From the NCBI RefSeq assembly GCF_000315625.1, contig NW_005434491.1:9786-73785 (forward strand): a stretch of DNA of 64,000 bases. Reading direction: 5' to 3'. Shown here piece by piece: positions 50,523 through 60,000 of the stretch. Positions within the stretch are counted from its first letter, which is position 1; every line of letters begins with the position of its first letter. Both the position numbers and the translations under genes were made by a program. Source of the DNA: Guillardia theta CCMP2712 (Eukaryota > Protista > Cryptophyta). The notes below the pieces were generated by a model. It was not told the origin of the DNA. It saw nothing but the letters and a program-made list of their open reading frames with translations, and made no database searches.

Positions 50523-53086
50523 CTATGAATAGATAAACATTTGATCGAGCAATACTCTTATAAATTTGTTTTTCATGAGGATCTCATCCTTGAAGGTCTT
50601 TTGGCCTGAATCATGGAGTGGATTGAAGTGGTGATATACAGGAGAGGCATACTGAGAAGGAACTAAGTAGAGCAACCATAAAAGCGGAGCAACTTGCTGA
50701 TTGTTCAAGTATAGTATTGACAGGAAGGATTGACAGTAGAAAGGGAGAAGTTGCTGCTGATTCATCTCAAGTTCTTTTGATGTCTTACCGCTGGTTTGTA
50801 GCTTGCCGATAACATTCAGAAGCTGAGCCCTCATGACATCTCCAAGGGTGAGAAATTCATCTCTTAGCCCTCCATTCCCCATATCCCTCCTTGCACTTCC
50901 CTCCTCACAATCGCTTTTACCCTCTACCTGCCTCGCTGTCTTCTGCTGTCCCTTTTCTCAATCTCTGGCTCTTCGCTGCTTACCAGCCATGGAATCAGGG
51001 ATCGAGAACTACTACAAGGATATGCGGCTTGGGATCAGAAGGTCTGGCTCCAATCTCCATCAAGGAAAGGGATGGAACAGCCATGGTGAACTGTCTGCTA
51101 GACTTGCAGTCGATAACCTGCTCGCAGGTACTGTGACGTGCCACAGCTACGGATGCGCGTTCAACATGGGCGCTGACCCCAAAGTTGAGTTCTTGTAGAC
51201 AGTGAAGCAAATCCGCTGCATGTACCCCGGAGAGGATGATTGAAGTAAAGTTTGACGTATGTCCATCCAAGTTACGAGTCGTCAGTTATCAATTCTCTGG
51301 TTAAGTCTCTGAGAGAATCAGCGAAGAATGTCGTGGGTTGGGGCAGATGCTCTTCGGTCTCCTCCTGCACCTTGGATCTTGCTACTTGTCTTGTCTACGA
51401 CACCATGAGGGGCACGGCAGCAGCAGCAAGCTGAGCACCTCAATGTTCTTCCGGTCTGCCATGTGAATGCCAAGCATGCCTGCTCATGTCATCAACGTAG
51501 GAGTTATTATAACAGACATACCAAGCTTCTTGGTCGCTGACGATGCAAGATCCGCCTGGGCCTGCAACCACATCATACGATCAACTTAGAAAGGCAGTTG
51601 AAGTGCCTGTGCTCGACTCTCTGCGTCCGTTGCTCTGCTATTCGCTTCCCGTAACTTGTCCTGCTAAAATCTCAACGTTGTCTTCCCCCGAGCCTCCACC
51701 TGCAGGTCCCGGTGCTGCTTCTCAAGACCTGAGAGCTTCTTCGCCATCTCCTCCCTCTCCTTGTTGGCAGTCTGCGCTGCTCTCTGCGCCTGCTGGAGTT
51801 CAGCCTTCGCTTGCTATTGCAACCACATCACAACGGTCGAGGCAGTCATGACGCAGAGCGAGAAACCTGTGCTTCAACGAAATGCTGGGAGGATTCTTCT
51901 GAGGAAAAAGCGAGTTGTGACAAAGCTGAAGCAAGGCTGAAGGCGAGGAAAACAGAGAGTGAGAAGTCGAAGGGAATGGAACGAGACAGTGGTACTTGTC
52001 TTGCAGGCAAGAGTGTTCAGCTCGAAGCGAGTTGACCTCCTCCTTGAGCTGGAAGAACATGTCGCGCGACAACCTGAGCTGGAAGAGGAGCCCGCGAATT
52101 CAAATGCTGAAGGAAGACGCTTTGAAGAAGAGCTTGTACGCAGTGTCTCACCTGCTTCTCTGCATTGTAAAGCTTGAGCTTGTCTGATTCAGTTTCCCGG
52201 ACAACCCTCAAGGTTCCTGCAGCCGTCAGCGCATGCCTAGTTTATCATTGGCTGCTTTCACCTTCCATGTCGAGCTTGGAGCAGGAGGTTTCGATGGCTA
52301 CTTCTAAGTATTCTTCGAGCTCCTCGATGCGGGCCGTCATCTGACGCGACTTCACTTATCTCATCAGCAGGGTAGGCTTCTCACCTTTTTCTCCATATCG
52401 TGCAGCACAGACCTACAGGTGCGGACAGCAGCTCGCAGGCAGTCGCTAATCAGGTGAGTAACACTTGCAACGCCATGGAAGAGGAGGCTCACATGTGATC
52501 GTTCGCTTCTCTTTCCAGTCTGCGGAGGATCTTCAAGGTCATTTTTTGCTTCTTACGAAAGTCTTGCATCTTCCTTGCTTTCGCGAGCAACTCCTGCTTG
52601 CTCCACTTCCACCACTCGTGTTGTCTTTGGTCATCCTCGGACTCCTCCACATATTCTTCCAAGTCCTTGACGTGTTTCAGTTCATGGTGGAGACGCCGAA
52701 GTGAATCCTCGCTGGCAGCGTCTGAACCGACTGCGAGGTTTTGCTGTTCCTCTGCCTCCTGATACTTTGAGCTCGCTAGTGCTAGAGCAACCCCCTCCCA
52801 CTTGCTTGAATAGACTCCTGAGCTTCTTGCTAAAGATGCTGCAGCATCCGAGGCCCACACACGTTCACAGGTTTGAGGACAATCGCCATTGATACACACA
52901 TTGCCCCTCGTCTGCTCCTTCTCCTCCGGCTTTGCATCGCGCGTACGTGCTGATCGCCTGCTGTTGGAGAACCTTAACACATAATCCTGCAGGATGACAG
53001 TATGAACATCACCTCAGGATCCTGTAAAAGTCTCTCCTCAGCTCGACAACTTTGCGTTCGAGCGACGATGGCTGGAACTGAGTCAT
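50523..53086 (-). CDS. Multi-exon hypothetical coiled-coil protein
   Basis: Minus-strand exons such as MTQFQPSSLERKVVELRRDFYRIL, LRRLHHELKHVKDLEEY, LKEEVNSLRAEHSCLQDKY; no recognisable domain. Confidence 0.45.
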
Positions 53087-53712
53087 TTTGCGAGCTCCTC
53101 CTCTCTTTGCACTTTGCCTTCACGCGAGATCAATTGAGAAGAGCTAGAGATATCTGATCCTACGGGATACATACACCAAGCCCATCTCTGCTCTCTATGT
53201 CATCTTCATCAACATCGTTCCATCCTCAACCAAGTCTCACTCCTCTCTCCCTTTTCCCTTCCCCCTGGTCCTATGGCCGAATCAGTCCCGGGCCTTCTTT
53301 AGCCCAACTTAGAAACCCGCCGTGCCAGGGTCACTGTGATCAGGAAGCGAGTCACGGAGTCTGGCGGCAGCCTTGATGGGTACTGAGGCTCATTATACTG
53401 TAGCGGCTGCAAGCCAAGCCGCGAGTGCGACTGAAGTTCGAGCGACTGGCTGCAGGGGCCCTAGCTCGGCTTTGGGTGCTCTGGATGCAATCACTATGAC
53501 TCATGATGTCACAGCAGTGAACTTGTGAAAGTGGCACCGTCAGTGAACTCGGATCGTCATGGTAAACTTGAAAGAAAGGTCCTGTGATCATGAGTTTGAA
53601 AAGCAGTGTGGAGTCCAACGAGTCACTGAGTTGAAATGGAATATCACTGAGTTGAATTATAAATTCATTCGCCATCTAAAGTTATTGTTATAGTAGATGC
53701 TCAAATTTCAAT

Positions 53713-54672
53713 TCAGACTATCGTGGGAAAAGCATCTTCATAAAATCTTCTCTCTAAATCTTCGGAATCATTGCTTGTATCTCGAAATGCGTCCCTCCAA
53801 TCAGCTAGAGTTTCCTGTCCTGGAGCATGCAAATAATGGACAATATCTTCTGGACAGCACTCCTCCTGCTCTTCGACACAACCTCTCCATTTAATTCTGG
53901 CGTTGCTGCTGTCGTCGTCAAGATCTACGCCTTCGCCAGCGCTTGTATATGCGTCGTGGTCGTCCGGGTCAAAGGGGGTGGAATGCAAGGATTCAGACTC
54001 TTCCACACCCAGCAGCTCGTCCAAGGATGTATCGTTAGAAAGGAGTTGCAGATCAAGTGCTTCATCGTTTTCCCACATTTCGTCTCTAGAGGCTTCATCG
54101 CTGCAGCTTTTTGCTGTCGCAGGTTCGGCTTTGACGATGGTGCTCTTGACGTGAACATGACTTGACGTCTGAGTTTTGAGAGAGACTCGTCGAGGTCGGT
54201 GCCTCGAGTAAGGCCAGCGCGACACGCCTACTCTCCTGCACGCATTCTTCATGGCTGTCAATGAGATTCCCAGGAAAGCTGCGGCTTCCGTTTGCCGCAT
54301 GTGGAACATGTTCTTAATGTCATTGAGACCCAGCACAAGGGATTTTTGACTATTCCTCTCTTTTTCTCCTCGTTTTCTCCTCGGAAAGACTTTCGTTTTG
54401 GTTGCCTTCGAGGGTATCAGCCCCTGGTTGGGATTTTCAACTGTGTTTCTACTTCTAAGATTTCGATGCATAGCTTTGTTCGTGTTCCCTTTCTGGACCG
54501 TAGATATGAGCAAGCTTTTGAACGAGCAAGCGCCGTATGTTTGACCATTGCTTTCCTTGGCATCCATTTCCATCTCGCTAACTTGTAGAATCGAATGACT
54601 TTTTCTCCCTCTTGCTTCTCCCTTCAGCCAACGGCCGTCTGTCAACATGTGCTTTTGTGTCCACCGACTCAA
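53713..54672 (-). CDS. RWP-RK domain transcription factor (5' end uncertain)
   Basis: LGLNDIKNMFHMRQTEAAAFLGISLTAMKNACRRVGVSRWPYSR. Confidence 0.88.
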   Translation of the reverse strand: MSRWTQKHMLTDGRWLKGEARGRKSHSILQVSEMEMDAKESNGQTYGACSFKSLLISTVQKGNTNKAMHRNLRSRNTVENPNQGLIPSKATKTKVFPRRKRGEKERNSQKSLVLGLNDIKNMFHMRQTEAAAFLGISLTAMKNACRRVGVSRWPYSRHRPRRVSLKTQTSSHVHVKSTIVKAEPATAKSCSDEASRDEMWENDEALDLQLLSNDTSLDELLGVEESESLHSTPFDPDDHDAYTSAGEGVDLDDDSSNARIKWRGCVEEQEECCPEDIVHYLHAPGQETLADWRDAFRDTSNDSEDLERRFYEDAFPTIV

Positions 54673-55395
54673 AATAAATGCGACTGACCCTCCTTTCTGC
54701 TTCTCTCCACTCTGCTCTTATACCTTTTCCTCTGCACGTCCTTTTGTCTTCTTGTCTGTTGCGTCCTCGTCCTCAGTCTCGTCTATGCACTCGTCCTTGT
54801 TGTTGTCCTCTCTGTTCTCGTCTACTTCATTGTCGATTCTTCTGGCTTTCCTTGCGCCTTTGTCGCAGATTTCGGAACCCTAAAACCCAAAACCAGCAGC
54901 CGCATCTTAGCAGCTTCTTCCCCACCCCACCCTCTTCCGTCCCCTCATCCCCGACCACCCCTTCTTTATACTAACAGAAAAGCTAAATGCAAGGGTAATG
55001 GGTGGTGACTAGGGTCGCAAGCATGAGGCTCATGCAACTGAGCCTGGTTTATTATAAGGTCATGGTCACGGAACGGCGCTTCTTCCCGACCAGTTGACAT
55101 AAATCATTTGTGACTCAACCGCAGGTGTCCTCTTCAAGGAGTTATTATTATTATTTAGCTCACTGAACCTCCGGCCGCCGGTTCCCACCCTATGGCATTA
55201 AGTTAACTCGACCGTACAGTTTTCCGCCGCAGTTGAACTCCCTAGGCCCGCTGACCGTTCGGGTCCCGGCGCGGCCCGGGGTGGACTCCCGGACTCCGAG
55301 GCTCATGCCTTCATGGACCGACGGTTACCTAAGTCATGATCGTCAACTTAAGGTTTTAACGTGTTTAGAAGCGGCGGCGGCCGGGCCGCTGATCG

Positions 55396-55790
55396 GATGG
55401 AGCGTATGCCAGCCGTGCCAGTCAGATAGCGCCGAGTTAACAAAACTCTCCTGTAAACCAAGACCGTCCGACGACTTACGTGGCGAGGCGGCCGATGTAG
55501 CGTGTGGGACGAAGAGGGGGCTTTCCTAGCCGTCTTGCTAAGGTTCTCTCATGTCTGGATGCTTGGGTTTCACATCCTAGCATACGGTACAGTCTATTGA
55601 TGGAACGTATGCCAGCCGTGCCAGTCAGATAGCGCCGAGTTAACAAAAACTCTCCTGTAAACCAAGACGACTTACGTGTTTCGCGACGGCCAATGTAGCG
55701 TGTGGGACGAAGAGGGGGCTTTCCTAGCCGTCTTACTAAGGTCCCCTCATGTCTGGATGCTTGGGTTTCACATCCTAGCATACAGTCTAT
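55396..55790. repeat. ~203-bp direct tandem duplication
   Basis: GATGGA(G/A)CGTATGCCAGCCGTGCCAGTCAG... starts at 55396 and 55599. Confidence 0.9.
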
Positions 55791-56000
55791 CTCTCATGTG
55801 CTCCTCAATTCTGGTTTTGTGTGCATTAAACTCGGTCTTGAGCAAAAACTGTCGTGTTACAACTAAGGTCGATGTGATATCTGCGTGACTTTGGACTAGT
55901 ACAAGTCTAACAAACTTGTATTCCGTCGCTATCTCTCATGTCAGCGGCTCCTCAATACTGGTTTTTGTGTGCATTAAACTCGGTCACCTTGAGCAAAAAC
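55787..56000. repeat. ~65-bp spaced direct repeat (55787-55850 / 55929-56000)
   Basis: CTCTCATGT..GCTCCTCAAT.CTGGTTTT.GTGTGCATTAAACTCGGTC..TTGAGCAAAAAC occurs twice. Confidence 0.85.
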
Positions 56001-56007
56001 AGTCACA

Positions 56008-56650
56008 GTGCCCCGCTGACCAGCTGCCTCAGGCTCCGCCTCCCTGTCGAAGCCGACTGCTTCGAGCTTGGTTGCTGCGCCTTCTAAAGAGAAGGGCAGC
56101 TCCTTCATCATGCGTCGAGCATCCTCCGTGGACTGAGCCGAGGAAAATGCATAGCTTGGACCCGTTCCAGGACTTGGTGTTCAACTTGAATCCTCCTCCA
56201 TGTCGATGCCTTCAACTTTGATCTCGAGCCTATTAGCGATCTCCAACAAGACTCTCTTGACTCTTGCGATGGACGTGTTGCCGCCGTTGCACAGCCCCTC
56301 CATCTCCTTCCTCGTGAAGCGAGCCCGTACCGAGCTTGAGCTGAGCTCAAGGTAAGGAGAGAAGGTAGGAGGCGACCGAAGGCCAAGGTGAGGAGAGGCA
56401 ACTCTCCTGACTGAGGCTGAGGAAGCTGAATGGAGGTAGAGTAGGTGGCGACCGAAGGCCAAGGTGAGGAGAGGCAACTCTCCTGACTGAGGCTGAGGAA
56501 GCCAAGAGAAGACAGCAGAAGTAGAAAGTAGAAAGAGACCTCAGAAGCAGGGTTCGCATTGTAGGCCGTGTACTCCCAGTGCTCGCGCGCCTCTTTAGAC
56601 TAGGATCAAATTGCAAAAGCCCACAATGAGGCAAAGCAACATTCTAGCAT
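56008..56650 (-). mobile_element. Inverted, degenerate fragment of the ORF that starts at 63359 (putative retroelement ORF1/5' region), with a 76-bp-period duplication at 56371-56501
   Basis: 56008-56298 is the reverse complement of 63375-63650 with small indels (GLCNGGNTSIARVKRVLLEIANRLEIKVEGIDMEED). Confidence 0.65.
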
Positions 56651-56685
56651 TCTAATAGGGAAGGAAAACAAGCCTGGCAGCAAGG

Positions 56686-56984
56686 AGGCAGGAGCGGCTC
56701 AAGGTCATGGGCGGCATGAAGGGAAACAGAGAAGGGCTAACCAGCCCAGGAGAAGGTACAGCCTGGCCACACTGCGGGCGACGGCATGTGGGGGGGGGCA
56801 GGGGCAGGCAAGGCAACGGTACTTGGCGAAAACAAGAAGGGGGACCGGGATCGGAATTGGAACGGGCCCGGAGGACATCATCGGGCCGATCGTTACTGAA
56901 AACAGCTAATACGGAAGCAACCAGGCCTAAGGGGCCTATAGGACAATGGGCCAACCTCCCAAGGTTGGGAACCCCTTTAGACGG
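56686..56984 (+). mobile_element. Truncated 3' UTR of the non-LTR retrotransposon family
   Basis: Aligns by eye with 62893-63197; ends at ...CCCCTTTAGACGG. Confidence 0.88.
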
Positions 56985-57019
56985 GTTTAGGGTTTAGGGT
57001 TTAGGGTTTAGGGTTTAGG
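56983..57019 (+). repeat. Telomeric repeat tract (TTTAGGG) x ~5
   Basis: GGG(TTTAGGG)4TTTAGG. Confidence 0.97.
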
Positions 57020-60000
57020 AGGCGCCGTTATTTTCGGCACAGGCGCCGTTATTTTCGGCACCATGGCTCCCTGCCAGGTGTAGGGGAAGCCGCCAGGGCG
57101 CCAAGGAAGCTGCAAGCGAGAGGTTTGTATACTTCAAATAGCTTTCTAAGTATGGTTCTTCCGTGCAGATGAGAGAATGGAACAAGGCTTAAACGAACTC
57201 GGACGATCCCAGATGGTCACTTGCGAGAAGATGAGCAGAAGCAGCACGCACTTCACCTTCTCCACATGGTACAAGCAGGGTCATCACCAAGCAAAACTGG
57301 ATCATGACTTTGCATTACACCATTCATCTTGCACAGTAAGCTTAATATCGCAGACCGCAGAGGATTGCATCATAGGAGCCGCAGTCGACCACAGAGCACT
57401 TGTAGTGAATGTGAGCTCGCTCGATGCTGAGGGTAAGCAAGCCATCCCAAAGATTGAAATCCTCCCGCAAAGGAGGGATCGAGAAGCAACCCCTCGACGA
57501 AAGAAAAGGGTGGTCGAGATGGACAAGCTATCGGGAAGACTAGGCGTGGAATGGGCAATAGCACTTGATGAGGTGATAAAAGCGGCACAAGCTCTACATC
57601 AAGATTGCGACATTCTCGAATTGATAACAACAGCCCTCCCCATCAAGGAAATTCCTCTACGAGGCTCCAGCGGGAAAAGACATGCATCCAAGATCCAGAT
57701 GGATCTGAAACGCAAAATCAAGCAACTTCACAAGGATTTAAGAAACGCTTCAGAAATTCCAGACTTTATTGATCGAGCACACAAGGAGTCGAGCTTACAT
57801 GCAGAAATAAGAGAGAATATGACCAAATTCAAGGAGATCTGCGCAGCACAAGACCAAGAGATATTTCTGAAAGCATGCGAAGAACGAAGAAGACGCTTGG
57901 GCACGATAGGGAGTAAAGAGTCTCAAAATGCAATGGGCAAGAAGTCAGACTTTAAGCCCAAAGCCCCAATGCTGACGGTCAACTTTCACTGCCCGGCCAG
58001 AGAAGTGCCACCCAAACACAATCGAACTTACGTCATGGAGCGATCTCCAGCCAGCGCTGCAACAGCCGGAGACAGCATATCTTCAAGAACTGAACCCGTT
58101 AATCGAGACATTCCTCCAGAGCAACTCCAAAGAAGCAAGCAAAACTTTTTGGAGTGCAAGACATCAAACCATGCTGCACGTCGAGGTTCTCGGGACGAGG
58201 AACCCGGCAACACTGACACAAAAGCTGTTCATAACTCTGGCGCCTGCACACGCAATCGTACCCATCATCCGAGGACTGATCACACAGCCAGGAGGGTGGC
58301 GCCTGGAAGGATACAAAAACATCGAGCAACTTCTCCCCATGAGATTGGCAAGAGATCTAGAAGATGAAACCCACACGGCAACCTTCTTTGCAGTCAACGG
58401 ATGTACCATGAACGGAACCTGTGCAAGAGCTGAATGTCAAACAAAAGGACGACTGATTCCGCTGTATGACAAAAGCCAGAAAAACGGAGAAGCATCAATC
58501 CTCTTCTTCTGCAAAAACTGTCAATCACTGACTTCCGTCAAACCACCGGACTTCGAACCCCCAGAGCAAATCAATCAACACCCGACCAGGGACGTAGAGA
58601 TAGCTTACCCGCTGGAGCCAGGCGAGATCCAAGTATGGATTCAAAAACTGGCCAACCGGAAAGCAGCAGGCATGGATTTGATTTCAAACGAGATTCTGAA
58701 AGCTCTGCCTGACAGTGCAAAGGAGGAAATAGGCAAGACAATCAGCAACGCCTTGATCGGAGACAAGCAAACACTAAAGATGCTCGCGAGAGTTAGGCTC
58801 CTCCCAAAAAATGAGAAAAGACCTATATGCGTCCTCTCCTCGGTAACGCGGATCTTCCAGGCAGTCATAGCGCACAGACTGGCAAAAGCTGCTGAAAAAC
58901 ATAAGCTACTCACTAACAACCAGGAAGGTTTCAGACCAGAGGGAGGAACGATCAGGCAGGGTCATCGTCTACTCAACATCATCGAGGAGGCTCAGAGTAA
59001 TCAACACAACCTCATCCTGCTGTACCTCGACTTTGCAAACTTCTTTAACAATGTGGCAGTCGAATCCATTGCAAAAATCATGGAAGTATATGGCTTTCAC
59101 CAGTGTGATGTAGACGTCGCAATCAGTTGTAGCCAAGGGATAGCGCTGCAAATTCAGACAGAGAGGTTCGAAACAGCAGCCATCCCACTTCTCAGAGGAT
59201 TACCCCAAGGCAGCCCCGCAAGTCCGCCAAAAACAAATCTTCTGCTCAGCATCTTGTCCAGACAACTTGATCAACAACAAGACGAGATTGCAACTCAACA
59301 CCCTAATAATCTGTCATTTGCAGACGACCTTGTCCTGATAGCACATTCAGTGAGAGAGATGAAAACGCTTGTTCAAGTGGTAGAACGATTCTGTCGATGG
59401 AGTGGATTAGAACTGAACACGAAGAAATCTGAAATCACCAGCTTTGATTATCGGCTAAGGAGGGAGATCCCAGGAACACAGACCATTAAGTTCTTCGACG
59501 AGGAGTTTGTGAACCTACCACCGACAAAATGGTTCAAATATCTAGGGATCCGGATCAGCTTGTGGAGACCAGGAGGAAGAGGCAACAAGGCGCACACCTG
59601 CCCCTTCACGTGGGGAGAGAAAGAACACATCTTGGAGAAGACAAAAGAACTGACAAAGCTGATTGAATCATGCTTACTCGGCAGCCCAAAAATATTACCT
59701 GGTGAAGGTAGGCATCGTCAATATCTTTAGATACTCGGCGGTACTGGTGAGCCGCAGTGGTCTTGGTCAGACTTACAAACCTTAGATACCCTCTGGACCA
59801 GAGCATTCAAAAGAGCTATGGGATTGAGCAAGAGTACAAGCAACGCTATCTTTCACCTACCTTGGGACAGAGGAGGCCTCCAACTCCCCCATCCAGCACC
59901 CATCTTGGGAAGGGCGGCGATTCCGAAGTTCGGTATCTAGAGAAAGAAACGAATAAGAAATGCAGGGTGGATGATGATATCAAAAGCAGTCTGATACACA

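Noticed and set aside
55396-55790. HDV-like ribozyme, tRNA or snRNA in the duplicated unit
   Set aside because: Could not build P1/P3 pairings, a cloverleaf or an Sm site by eye
56371-56505. Hammerhead ribozyme (CTGACTGA..GAA near hairpins)
   Set aside because: Core deviates from CUGANGA/GAAA and no NUH cleavage triplet or stem III could be placed
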